Below, in pieces: positions 37,813-51,413 of a stretch of 64,000 nucleotides of DNA. The translations under genes and the position numbers were made by a program. The stretch is taken from positions 27,838,001 through 27,902,000 of the forward strand of contig NC_043002.1 in the NCBI RefSeq assembly GCF_006345805.1, written 5' to 3'. A model generated the notes under the pieces. The model worked only from the letters and a program-made list of their open reading frames with translations, ran no database searches and was not told the origin of the DNA. How positions within the stretch are numbered: position 1 is the stretch's first letter; each line of letters starts with the position of its first letter. Source of the DNA: Octopus sinensis (Eukaryota).

Positions 37813-38879
37813 TTAACATGAATTTATTTGAAATCATATTGAATACAAATATTTTGAAAAATAGTTATTGAATAAACTGTTAAAGAGACAAAAAATTACT
37901 TTGCTCTCCAAATACGCGCAGTGATTGCTTTGTGATTGAGAAGATCGCTTCGCTACCAAACGCTACCTAATTCCATCCCACTCTGCGAACGTTGAGTAAG
38001 AATGAGCTACATGCTCATGAAATAGTTGTAAGTAAAATATATTAGGCGGAAGCTGTTCAGAATTTCGTCTTTCTTTGTCTTTATTATATATCATTTATTT
38101 GTAATTGTTTTTAGTGTAAATTAGTGTTCCGACAAAATCTTCTTGTAGCATTAGATATTAAGTTAACATTCCTTTATACTAACCATTTAGCAGTTCAGTA
38201 CATAGGTATTGATAAAATAAGTATGTGACAAAAATACTGTGCTCAACATGATACATTAAAACCTATGAAAGAAATACCCCAGTATGACTGCGGATCAAAT
38301 ATTTCTTCAGAGAAATATTTGCTAAAGACCCAATTAAAAAGAAACAAAAAGTTATTATAGATAACAGATGAGTTAAATTAATAATGTTAAGTTGGGTTGT
38401 ATTTTGTTGTCTTTTGTTTTTGTTCTTTAGCCCCAGGTAATACTGGCAGACAAGATTAATGATTTTCAGTCTTTTAATAGAATACAATGTACTATTTGTA
38501 CCTTGGACGTCATTATATAATGAAGTGATTTTTAGCACTCTGTCAATTACCCACTCGTTTTTATGTATTACATTATTTTCCCTCTATTCAATTCCCTTCA
38601 AAAAACGAAAAATCATGACAGAAGCAAAGAGAAAAAGAAGATAAAGCAAATTTATTGTGAAAGTTTTGCATGAATAAACTTTGATAAGGGAGAGAAAGGT
38701 GTAGATGAAATATATATCAAGCAAAACTGAATTTTTATTAACCAAAGAAATATGACAACGAAAATGAACGGAGCTAAAATATACTTGAAAGCAAATAGCT
38801 ATCACTTTATATTTTTCTTTTCAAAAGATCAAACAAAATTATCAGCAATATTATCAATGAGAACTTCGTTGATCCGTTG

Positions 38880-39330
38880 CGTCAACCGGTTTATTTATTC
38901 ACGGAGCTTTGATAACAATGCTACCCACTTGTCAGCGGCTTTCAAGCGGTTCCTTGCTTTTGTCTTCATTGTTATTAAAGTAAAGAAACCAGATTTACAT
39001 AGATGAGTTGTGATAGATGGATAAAGCACTTTGAAGTCACGTTAAGAAGCATAAATATGATTCTGTTTATTTCATACAAAAATTAACACCAATTTTATCA
39101 AATCTTCCTTAAGACTAACAGAGGAGAGATCAATCAGCTTCTCTTTTGCCAGCTCGGCATTTCTTATCTCTGATAATTAGAAATGTTAAGAATGGTAAAG
39201 AATCAGCATAATGACACTCTTTAAATGGAATTTTATGATAAACTTTACACAAGAGATGAAAATAGGGCATATCCAAACATTTTTTCGGGACAAATTTTGT
39301 TAAGAAAGTACATAGCTTTGCTTTTATGAT
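38880..39330 (-). mobile_element. hAT (Charlie/Buster-like) transposase C-terminal remnant
   Basis: Minus strand KEKLIDLSS..LK...KVLYPSITTHLCKSGFFTLITMKTKARNRL, matching the hATC dimerisation motif TTYLCESGFS..KTK.RNRL. Confidence 0.75.
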
Positions 39331-40509
39331 TCATAAATGTTGAATGACTATATATGATTGTATCATCGAAAACAAAGTAAAAATAGGTTAGAATATGAAA
39401 GATAGCCCATCTTCCCACTGTACATGAAAAGGAAGTGCACTCCGTATCTCTCAGTCATAGTTTTCATAAAACAAGCTGAGCAGGTATAATGTATTACAGA
39501 ATTAATATATAATTTTCAGGTATGGTATATTTACCACCTGTCGCATAAATCTGTATTCCAGCAGAATTTAATTCTACCCCCGGTTGAGAAAATCGTAATT
39601 TAACTTGTTTTCCTTTGTTTTGATTGTTTAACCACGACCAACAAATGATCGAGGAGATTTATAATTAAAGGTGTTGTAGCTGTAACCAACACACCACTGT
39701 ATTTCAGATATAGTGAATCGAGGGTTAAATCCTCTATCGTTTATTCTTGTTGCGATTCAGTCTCAAGTGAGCAGTAATCAAATAAGCCTATAATCAAATA
39801 TGTTCCAACGGTGACTATCTTTTCTTGCATTTAGAAATATATAACAAGAACTAGATTATCTAATGAATTAAGTACATGTGAAGCTTCATCGAGCAGAAGT
39901 ATCTTTTACTAAGACAATACATTACGTCAACTAGAGTGTCTCATTTTGGCCGATTTTGATGTTCAGAAATGTTATTCTGAACTAATACAGCTACCCATGA
40001 TAATAACAAATTTTCACGCAAACCGATAAGTATTTACGACACCAGATATTTATTAATCACTGGTTTTTCGATATCAGTAGAAATAAAATTTAAGCATTCA
40101 GTATATAGTGGATAAAATTTGTTAAGCATGCAGTAGATAGTGGATACTTGATTCGTGACGACACAGAAATCATGATTTAGTAATTCTACCATCGCTTCTG
40201 AACATATTTCGCCTACTACTGGTACACTTATGGGCTTGTTAACATTGTACATCAATACGGGAAGCTTTCTCGAGATAAATTCTGCAGTTTCTGACTTTCA
40301 AGACTATATATCCAAGTTATGTAAGATATACAAATGAATCACACTGCTTCCGTCGCTAATACCGAATATATACTTACGTACATATAGAGAGAGAGAGAAA
40401 GAGAGAGAGAAACAGGGAGAGATAGTGAGAAAGAGATAAAAGTATGTATATATATACGTATTAATATATAGATAGATAGACACACACGCGCAGGCACATA
40501 CACACAACA

Positions 40510-40892
40510 TACTCTCTTTACTTGTTTCAGTCGTTTGACTGCGGCCATGCTGGAGCACCGCCTTTTAGTCGAGCAAATCGACCCCAGGACTTATTCTTTG
40601 TAAGCCTAGTACTTATTCTATCGGTCTCTTTTACCGAACCGCTAAGTTACGGGGACGTAAACACACCAGCATCGGTTGTCAAGTGATGTTGGGGGGACAA
40701 ACACAGACGCACAAACATGCACATACACGCACATATATATATATACGACGGGCTTCTTTCAGTTTCCGTCTACCAAATCCACTCACAAGGCTTTGGTGGG
40801 CCCGAGGCTATAGTAGAAAACACTTGCCCAAGGTGCCACGCAGTGGGACTGAACCCAGAACCATGTGGTTGGTAAGCAAGCTACTTACCACA
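40510..40892 (-). mobile_element. SINE family A, head slightly truncated
   Basis: Homologous to 62796-63241. Confidence 0.9.
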
Positions 40893-40929
40893 TAACTACT
40901 ATGTATAAATATGCAGATACCTGAATATG

Positions 40930-41200
40930 CCTCACGGAATGGCGACGGTGCCCCGCATATTTACAGGCTGCCCTATGGCAAAGCACAGCACATGTTTAGC
41001 CGCCCTGCCAGGGATATGGCGAAGTCAGGAGACTTCAGGAAGGTGGATTGTTAAGAGGTAGCGGGAGTGTTCATCTGAGACAACAATGCTTCGTACACTG
41101 ACGCTGAGCGGAGGAAGCGTAGAAGATTAGCGGTGAGGATCACCAACCTCTATCAAGTGAGTAACTGCAACGTATTCATAAGGATGGCATCAATGATTGT
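40930..41200 (+). mobile_element. Possible decayed RTE 3' end
   Basis: HIYRLPYGK..DAERRKRRRL and tail aaggatggc loosely match RTE C-termini. Confidence 0.3.
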
Positions 41201-41576
41201 CTAATCAGCTAATGAAAAGTTCACTATGACTCAAATTCCCAATTCAAATTCCTAATATTGGAACTGGGTGGTAACAAAGCGTCGTAAGAATCCGCGAAAG
41301 CAGCGTAAAAAAGTAGATATTCTTAATACAAATAATTGCAATCTACATCTGTATTGAGTAATTTTCCTATTGTTTGTATATTCAAACATACATACATACA
41401 TATATACATACATACACACACACAAACATACATGTACGTACGCATGTATGAATGTATGTACGTACGTATGCTTGCATCTGTGTGCATATAATATACACGT
41501 ATGCCTGAGTAATGATTCATAAATGTCAGCGCAAAAATTATTATTATATATATATATATCTATATATATATATATA

Positions 41577-41608
<32 letters not shown>

Positions 41609-42134
41609 ATAGTTCGAAAAATACAGGTACAAATATAAATAAAAAATATTTAATTTGACATTTTCATTTTAACAAATTTTGTTAACGCCCCCGCCAATAC
41701 ATACCCAAATGTTACTATCAACACACGCAAACGAGTATATAAGCGTTCACGCATGTATGAATATTTATAAATATACTGATATTTCTTTGGAAACATGAAA
41801 GACCTTAAAAACATGAAAGAACCACTTCGGAACAGCATTTTCATTTCCCAGGGTTATAAATAATATCTTTTATCAATTGAAGTAAAAGAAATCATTAGAA
41901 AATTTCGATTATATTTTTTTTGTTAATTTAGTATTATCTTATCATGCATAGATATATAGTCAAGTACAAACATACTTATGTGTGTGTGTGTGAGTACACG
42001 TGTGTGTGTAATAAGATATAGGTAAGATCGCGACGGAGAGAAAAGAACGGGGTAAATGACGAATAAAGAGAGGTGAAGAAGGAAGTACATATATAAATCT
42101 AATAAAACGTAACGAAGCACACTCCTCACACACG

Positions 42135-42166
<32 letters not shown>

Positions 42167-42224
42167 AGCACGCTTGTTCTGTTACAGCACTACACAAAGA
42201 CAGCGATTATTTTACAATAACGAA

Positions 42225-42630
42225 GGCTGTGGGCTGGCAGAATTGTTTGCACGCCGGGGAAAATGCTTCGTGGCATATCTCCTAGATTTATGTTCGAATC
42301 TGCTTTCATTCTTATTTCTTTACTGCCGACAAGGGGCTACACACAGATGATACAAACAAGGACAGACAGAGGGATTAAGTCGATTACATCGACCCCAGTC
42401 CATATCTGGTACTTAATCTAACGACCCCGAAAGGATGAAAGGCAAAGTCGACTTCGGCGGAATTTGAACTCAGAACATATCGGTAGACGAAATGCTGCTA
42501 AGCAGTTCGCCCGGCGTGCTCACGTATCTACCAGCTCGCCGCCTTATCTGCTTTCATTCTTTTGAGGTAGATAAAATAAGTATCAGACGAGCATTGACTA
42601 CACCATTCCCCAAAACTTCTGGTCTTGTAT
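42225..42630. mobile_element. SINE family B (minus, 42313-42543) nested in an older family B copy (plus)
   Basis: 15-bp TSD atctgctttcattct at 42298-42312 and 42546-42560. Confidence 0.85.
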
Positions 42631-42932
42631 AAAAATTGAAAACCATTATTTTATAATAACGACAATATTATCAATGTCATGCCGTTTAACTCACTGGACG
42701 TGTGCTTTATAATGTTACTCATATCTTATGCATTGCTATTGAAAGCTGGCAAAAATAATCTTCTTAACGTCAAAAGAGGTGTCATAAACTTAATAATGTA
42801 CTTTCAATTAGCATTCTACACTGAATTAGATATCATGTAGCTTTTATAGTAAATTATTCATATTTAGAACAGAGTGACACTGAAATATGTGTGAATGTGT
42901 GTGCGCATGTGTCTGCGCGTGCGCGTGTGTAT

Positions 42933-42977
<45 letters not shown>

Positions 42978-42994
42978 TATGAGCATAAGTAGTT

Positions 42995-43632
42995 GATCAA
43001 ATGTTCGTAGCCACTTCAATATGGCTGTTCCGTTCAAGCGGAATTTACTGCGATTTTTTAACCTCAAGAGGACATCTCTATCTGGTTAACGATGCACAGC
43101 TGCATCCGGTATATTGCGAGCAAGGGAGCGAACCACTACCACCTTCTAGCGACGAGATCAGCATACCAGTCTGGTTTCGGTCTATTTATGCCTCTCTTCA
43201 GTACTGGTAACCTCATCTGTTAGAGATGGCAGTAGCTCGGCGATAAAAATTCGCAGTAAATTTCGCTCGAAGGGAGCAGCCGATGAACTACTGCAATCAT
43301 CTCTTAGAGGGATTTTAGAACTAGCGTTTTAGTTTGAAAAATCAGCGACTGTGTGTCGCTTGATTTATATATAATGCGAGCAGAGGCGAGTTACTACCAT
43401 CTCTAGCAGACGAGGTTTCCGGTACTGAAGAGGCAGAAATAGCCCGAAACCAGACTAGTATGCTGGTCCCGTCGCTAGAAGAGGGCAGGAGTTCGTTCCG
43501 CGGTTCCCAATTTCATCGGATGCGACTATACATCATTACCAGCAAGAGGAGATATCCTTTTGTGGTTAAAAAAAATCGCAGCAAATTCCGCCCGAACGGA
43601 ACAGCCATGTTGAAGTGACTACGAACATTACT
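42995..43632. repeat. Fold-back element, ~250-bp diverged arms
   Basis: atgttcgtagccacttcaatatggctgttccgtt..(42998-43245) vs ..aacggaacagccatgttgaagtgactacgaacat (43385-43630). Confidence 0.85.
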
Positions 43633-44239
43633 TGCTAGTACAATTACTGCAATCATCTCTTAGAGAGATTTTTGAACCGGCTTTTTAATTAATTGATCAA
43701 ATGTTGAAGGAAAATTAACACGGAATAAAAAGAAAAATTATATATTAGATGTTGATCACTGAAAGCTTTTTCTAGTGCACATGTATATATGACAATAAAC
43801 ATAAACAATAGCGTATATTTACTATTGTATGAATATTTGAAAGCATAATAAAGATTCCTATAAGTAGTTCGTACTTCAGCACAAGCACGAACTCCTTAGA
43901 AGAAATACTTCCAAGCAACATTCTTATTTTCCATAACTGAGTTCAACTGCGTATAACAAAAGATGTTAAACATATTTCTGTTATTAACTGAGAATTGCAA
44001 ATAACTTTTTTAATATGTAACATGTATGTTTTATGTTTGAATGTATATATATATATATATATATAATAATAAATATTAGGGAATATTCCAAATTTACAGG
44101 GAAAAAAAATCAGATTTAGGATTAAATCCAATTTTATAGTAAAATATTATAAAATATTATTTGAGACAAAACACTATTTTGCAAAACAAACAAGGAAAGA
44201 CTTAATCAATACATAAAATTTATAAATAGTCAAAAACCG

Positions 44240-44281
44240 CCACTACAATCGTTTCTTGTCTGATCGACAATCTTCAGGTGG
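44240..44281 (-). ncRNA. Minimal hammerhead ribozyme, left arm
   Basis: CCAC CTGAAGA TTGTC GATCA GACAA GAAA CGATTG TA GTGG. Confidence 0.85.
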
Positions 44282-47222
44282 ACTTCCAATCTAAAAATCA
44301 AAATTTTAAAATATAAAAATAATACTTTTAAATAATTAAAGTATAAATGAAAAAATATAAGTATATAATCCATATATAACCTATATATAATCCATATCGA
44401 AAATATAGACTAATACCACGAATTCCCTAAAAAAAACCATGATAAAACAAAACTCTTAAAACATATAACGATAAAATCTCCCTTTGCTAAACTCTATAAC
44501 AAACCTATAAAGTAAACCCCTAACCTAAACATTCACACACAAATACACACACGTAAACCACAGACTCACGACTTATACACATACCTATACTAACTTATAA
44601 ACCTCAATATACACCAAAACCCACTCCCTCCCCACACAGACAAATTAACACATACATCCCAAAACCTAAATAACAAACCCATACACATTCACACACAAAA
44701 CACACACTCACACGCAAAACACTCACACACAAAAGATACATATACTCCCTCACATATACGCCTATACATACTCACTAAACTCGACATATACAACAATACT
44801 TACACACCCACAAAAAATTATATACATTTATGAGCTTTAACTCACCTTAGCATCTCTAACAAACAACTTGCAGTAACCCAATCCCATTCTCTATGCCTAC
44901 CTCACTACTACACTATTCCATTCACATTCCAAGCAACGCTAGTCCACCACCCGGTTATTCACGTGGCAAAACGAACACCACTCAAAATTATGAATGAAAC
45001 AATGTAAAAAAATAACCAACACCTAAAATAGACAAAATACCACGAATTACCTAAAAAAAACCATGATAAACCAAAACTCATAAAAACATATAACGATAAA
45101 ATCTCCCTTTGCTAAACCCTATAACAAACTTATATAGCAATCCCCCTAACCTAAACATTCACACACAAAAAACCCACACGTAAACCACAGACCCAAGACT
45201 TATACACAAACCTATACTAACTTATAAACCTCAATATACACCAAAAACCACTCCCTCCCCACACAGACAAATTAACACATACATCCCAAATCCTAAATAA
45301 CAAACCCAAATACACATTCACACACAAAACACACACACACACGCAAACACACACACACAACAGATACATATGCTCCCTCACATATACGCATATACATACT
45401 CACTAAAACTCGATATATACAACAATATTTACACCCACACTCATACAGATAAATAATTAATTATACAATTAAAAACTCACAACCAATCTCATATACATAA
45501 ACACTCTTATGAAAACAACAATAAATACATCGTAATTAACCAGAATATCAAAAATAACATTATGACATAAGGATAAATCAAATACATACTTACAATTCAG
45601 TTACAAATTATGAAGTGAAATTAGATTCTTAGCCGTTAAAAAACCAAACAAAATTACGTTACCATGGAAATAACTAATGTAAAAAAAGAATACGCGCCAT
45701 AGAAAGTAAACGTCATTCATAGTATGAATGGAGAAATATAATAAATGAAACTAAAAACTATTTCCACGTAGCAAACCAACGCTACTTAAAAAAAATTTAT
45801 TATGAATGGATTCTTTAAAAACTATCATGAAAAATCAATTATATACATTTATGAGCTTTAGCTCACCCTAGCAACTCTAACAAACAACTTACAGTAACCC
45901 ATACTCAATGCCTACCTCATTACCACCCTAATCCATTCACAATTCCAAGCAACACTAGTCCACCACCACCGGTTACAATTCCCAACTCTACCCATTCATT
46001 CACAATTTCAACGACGTTCCCTTCAACAACTCTACATATAAGCCTCAACATATACACCGGAGATACACTTACACATCCGTACGGATGGGTGAGAGTATAC
46101 ATTAAGTGTAGTGATGGGGCTCCCATTTCTAAACACATTTGTACCTGTGTGGTAGTCTCCATGTGTATATTCACGCACGGGTATAAATACAGGGGGTACA
46201 CGCTCACTTCATTTACGTGTACCCCTCACATGTACATATGCATACTATTTTGGCTCGATATATGCAACAATGTAATCACGCCCGTATGTGTGAGCATTCA
46301 CTGGTTGTGCAATTCACCCATCTGGGTGTGATTGTGTGTAAACTTATCACTGTGGAGGTCGAGCTTGATACGTATATATTAGTGTGTATTAGGGGTTGTA
46401 CGTACTAATTATGTTCATGTGCTTCACGCACTTGCGTCCATGTATGGAAGAATATATTGGGATTACTATGTAGGTGTAAATAGGGTATGGGGGAGTTTTG
46501 TCATTGTATGGGTGTGGGTTTCATTTGTGATGGTGGTTAGTTGGTGATTATTAGTATGTTCTGTATATTAGGGCTAGTATGTATTATTCAAGTGTGTATA
46601 ATTGTATACATATAATTGGTGTGAATGGATTATTACTCCCATTTTTTTTTTTAATTTTTTATTTTTTTTTTATTATTTTTAGGGGATGTATGTGTTTATT
46701 TATCCATGTGGGGCTGGAGTGGCCGTTAGGTGCATATGCTGAGGCTCACATGCAAACCCAAGTACAACGAATGAAGTGGGCACTTATAATTGTTATGGGT
46801 GTACTTTATTATAAAAGACAATACCCAAATAAAATCTGTCAATTCAACATACAAATAAAAAACAAAAAACAAAGGGATCTTAAACATTCACACATACATA
46901 CAAAACTCAATAAAAACACACCACAAATTAACACCCAAAAACATATAAATATATCCTCAAAATACATATAACAAATGCAAAATAAATACATAATAAAATA
47001 AAATAAATAAAAATAATAAAAAATAAAAAAATCTAATATAAATTATTAAAGTTTTAACGTACCATAAACTGCTAAATTAATATACATTAAAAATGAACTA
47101 ATTAAAACAAAGAAATATCAATAAAGACTAACTATAATTAAATCCTAGACAACATAACCAAAAATATATCATCTAAACTAATTTAAACTAAACTAAAATA
47201 ACCTAAAAGGGAACTATTATTG

Positions 47223-47666
47223 CTATTTATCATGAAACTTATTATATAAGTAAAGTAACTTGTGTCTACATTTTATTTTGCGCTCCTCCCCAGTATTAAG
47301 TAAATTATCATACTTATAAAATAAAATTTCTTTAAACTCATTAGAGCATAAATAACAACAATTAGCTCCTATATTATATGATTTAGTTTTACAAATTATT
47401 TCCCATATTAAACTATAATTAATATTTAGTGATTTAAGACTCCAAATATACTTACTAAGTCCGGTTGAGTTGATTAAGTTTTTATTTTTAAAAGAATTCA
47501 TATGTTGTGCAATTCTTAGTTTTATTTTTGAGGAAGTAGAACCTATATAAACCGCTTTTGTGTAATTATTATTCTTAAAGTTATTATCATGTAATGTAAC
47601 TATACATTTATACACTACATCGTTAATATCACAATTATTATTTAATATACAATTAGATTTATCTCT
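47223..47666 (-). pseudogene. 5'-truncated PLE GIY-YIG endonuclease, open reading frame
   Basis: Frame extends upstream of the track's start: RDKSNCILNNNCDINDVVYKCIV..AVYIGSTS..KLRIAQH..STGLSKYIWSLK..WEII..CYLC..E..LLN..KCRH. Confidence 0.92.
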
Positions 47667-48094
47667 GTATATTAAATAATAATTGTGATATTAACGATGT
47701 AGTGTATAAATGTATAGTTACATTACATGATAATAACTTTAAGAATAATAATTACACAAAAGCGGTTTATATAGGTTCTACTTCCTCAAAAATAAAACTA
47801 AGAATTGCACAACATATGAATTCTTTTAAAAATAAAAACTTAATCAACTCAACCGGACTTAGTAAGTATATTTGGAGTCTTAAATCACTAAATATTAATT
47901 ATAGTTTAATATGGGAAATAATTTGTAAAACTAAATCATATAATATAGGAGCTAATTGTTGTTATTTATGCTCTAATGAGTTTTAAGAAATTTTATTTTA
48001 TAAGTATGATAATTTACTTAATACTGGGGAGGAGCGCAAAATAAAATGTAGACACAAGTTACTTTACTTATATAATAAGTTTCATGATAAATAG
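47666..48094 (+). pseudogene. Mirror copy of the GIY-YIG ORF with a premature stop
   Basis: Identical to the left arm except AAA to TAA at 47984-47986. Confidence 0.9.
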
Positions 48095-51035
48095 CAATAA
48101 TAGTTCCCTTTTAGGTTATTTTAGTTTAGTTTAAATTAGTTTAGATGATATATTTTTGGTTATGTTGTCTAGGATTTAATTATAGTTAGTCTTTATTGAT
48201 ATTTCTTTGTTTTAATTAGTTCATTTTTAATGTATATTAATTTAGCAGTTTATGGTACGTTAAAACTTTAATAATTTATATTAGGTTTTTTTTTTTTTTA
48301 TTTTTATTTTTATTTATTTTATTTATTATGTATTTTTATTTTGCATTTGTTATATTATTTTGAGGATATATTTATATGTTTTTGGGTGTTAATTAGTGGT
48401 GTTTTTATTGAGTTTTGTATGTATGTGTGAATGTTTAAGATCCCTTTGTTTTTTGTTTTTTTTTGTATGTTGAATTGACAGATTTTATTTGGGTATTGTC
48501 TTTTATAATAAAGTACACACCCATAACAATTATAAGTGCCCACTTCATTCGTTGTACTTGGGTTTGCATGTGAGCCTCAGCATATGCACCTAACGGCCAC
48601 TCCAGCCCCACATGGATAAATAAACACATACATCCCCTAAAAATAATAAAAAAAATAAAAAATAAAAAAAAAAAAAAATGGGAGTAATCCCATTCACACC
48701 AATTATATGTATACAATTATACACACTTGAATAATACATACTAGCCCTAATATACAGAACATACTAATAATCACCAACTAACCACCATCACAAATGAAAC
48801 CCACACCCATACAATGACAAAACTCCCCATACCCTATTTACACCTACATAGTAATCCCAATATATTCTTCCATACATGGACGCAAGTGCGTGAAGCACAT
48901 GAACATAATTAGTACGTACAACCCCTAATACACACTAATATATACGTATCAAGCTCGACCTCCACAGTGATAAGTTTACACACAATCACACCCAGATGGG
49001 TGAATTGCACAACCAGTGAATGCTCACACATACGGGCGTGATTACATTGTTGCATATATCGAGCCAAAATAGTATGCATATGTACATGTGAGGGGTACAC
49101 GTAAATGAAGTGAGCGTGTACCCCCTGTATTTATACCCGTGCGTGAATATACACATGGAGACTACCACACAGGTACAAATGTGTTTAGAAATGGGAGCCC
49201 CATCACTACACTTAATGTATACTCTCACCCATCCGTACGGATGTGTAAGTGTATCTCCGGTGTATATGTTGAGGCTTATATGTAGAGTTGTTGAAGGGAA
49301 CGTCGTTGAAATTGTGAATGAATGGGTAGAGTTGGGAATTGTAACCGGGTGGTGGACTAGTGTTGCTTGGAATTGTGAATGGATTAGGGTGGTAATGAGG
49401 TAGGCATTGAGTATGGGTTACTGTAAGTTGTTTGTTAGAGTTGCTAGGGTGAGCTAAAGCTCATAAATGTATATAATTGATTTTTCATGATAGTTTTTAA
49501 AGAATCCATTCATAATAATTTTTTTTAAGTAGCGTTGGTTTGCTACGTGGAAATAGTTTTTAGTTCATTTATTATATTTCTCCATTCATACTATGAATGA
49601 CGTTTACTTTCTATGGCGCGTATTCTTTTTTTACATTAGTTATTTCCATGGTAACGTAATTTTGTTTGGTTTTTTAACGGCTAAGAATCTAATTTCACTT
49701 CATAATTTGTAACTGAATTGTAAGTATGTATTTGATTTATCCTTATGTCATAATGTTATTTTTGATATTCTGGTTAATTACGATGTATTTATTGTTGTTT
49801 TCATAAGAGTGTTTATGTATATGAGATTGGTTGTGAGTTTTTAATTGTATAATTAATTTATTTATCTGTATGAGTGTGGGTGTAAATATTGTTGTATATA
49901 TCGAGTTTAGTGAGTATGTATATGCGTATATGTGAGGGAGCATATGTATCTGTTGTGTGTGGTGTGTTTGCGTGTGTGTGTGTTGTGTGTGAATGTGTAT
50001 TTGGGTTTGTTATTTAGGATTTGGGATGTATGTGTTAATTTGTCTGTGTGGGGAGGGAGTGGTTTTTGGTGTATATTGAGGTTTATAAGTTAGTATAGGT
50101 TTGTGTATAAGTCTTGGGTCTGTGGTTTACGTGTGGGTTTTTTGTGTGTGAATGTTTAGGTTAGGGGGATTGCTATATAAGTTTGTTATAGGGTTTAGCA
50201 AAGGGAGATTTTATCGTTATATGTTTTTATGAGTTTTGGTTTATCATGGTTTTTTTTTAGGTAATTCGTGGTATTTTGTCTATTTTAGGTGTTGGTTATT
50301 TTTTTACATTGTTTCATTCATAATTTTTGAGTGGTGTTCGTTTTGCCACGTGAATAACCGGGTGGTGGACTAGCGTTGCTTGGAATGTGAATGGAATAGT
50401 GTAGTAGTGAGGTAGGCATAGAGAATGGGATTGGGTTACTGCAAGTTGTTTGTTAGAGATGCTAAGGTGAGTTAAAGCTCATAAATGTATATAATGTTTT
50501 TTGTGGGTGTGTAAGTATTGTTGTATATGTCGAGTTTAGTGAGTATGTATAGGCGTATATGTGAGGGAGTATATGTATCTTTTGTGTGTGAGTGTTTTGC
50601 GTGTGAGTGTGTGTTTTTGTGTGTGAATGTGTATATGGGTTTGTTATTTAGGTTTTGGGATGTATGTGTTAATTTGTCTGTGGGGGAGGGAGTGGGTTTT
50701 GGTGTATATTGAGGTTTATAAGTTAGTATAGGTATGTGTATAAGTCGTGAGTCTGTGGTTTACGTGTGTGTATTTGTGTGTGAATGTTTAGGTTAGGGGG
50801 TTTACTTTATAGGTTTGTTATAGAGTTTAGCAAAGGGAGATTTTATCGTTATATGTTTTAAGAGTTTTGTTTTATCATGGTTTTTTTAGGGAATTCGTGG
50901 TAATTAGTCTATATTTTCGATATGGATTATATATAGGTTATATATGGATTATATACTTATATTTTTTCATTTATACTTTAATTATTTAAAAGTATTATTT
51001 TTATATTTAAAATTTTGATTTTTTAGATTGGAAGT

Positions 51036-51078
51036 CCACCTGAAGATTGTCGATCAAGACAAGAAACGATTGTAGTGG
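51036..51078 (+). ncRNA. Minimal hammerhead ribozyme, right arm
   Basis: CCAC CTGAAGA TTGTC GATCAA GACAA GAAA CGATTG TA GTGG. Confidence 0.87.
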
Positions 51079-51181
51079 CGGTTTTTTTGACTATTTATAA
51101 ATTTTATGTATTGATTAAGTCTTTCCTTGTTTGTTTTGCAAAATAGTGGTTTTGTCTCAAATAATATTTTATATATATATA

Positions 51182-51251
<70 letters not shown>

Positions 51252-51339
51252 CGAGCGTGAGAGATGTATATGTCGGTGTACCAATAGCATATTACACGCA
51301 CAAACACATGCCCCCCTCAAGCACTCACATATATAATAT

Positions 51340-51371
<32 letters not shown>

Positions 51372-51413
51372 TTAAAAAAGGAGATGTGGAACACGAGTTG
51401 TGATATATAAAAA

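Larger units (their letters stand above)
44150..51170. mobile_element. Head-to-head palindromic PLE family 1 insertion, ~3.5-kb arms, 14-nt loop at 47652-47665
   Basis: Mirror coordinates sum to ~95317 (ORFs starting at 47615 and 47702); mirrored ORFs throughout the track; GIY-YIG ORF reads outward on each arm; HHR near each outer end. Confidence 0.95.

Noticed and set aside
47652-47666. Loop contains ATCTCT, like the start of a SMRTbell adapter
   Set aside because: Only 6 nt match, and the loop translates in frame as the native RDKSN linker; an artefact is still possible by other routes
45920-49403. Mirrored ORFs such as MSVYPLYL.., MRVYIKCS.., MYPSHVHM..
   Set aside because: UTR sequence duplicated by the palindrome; no domain recognised
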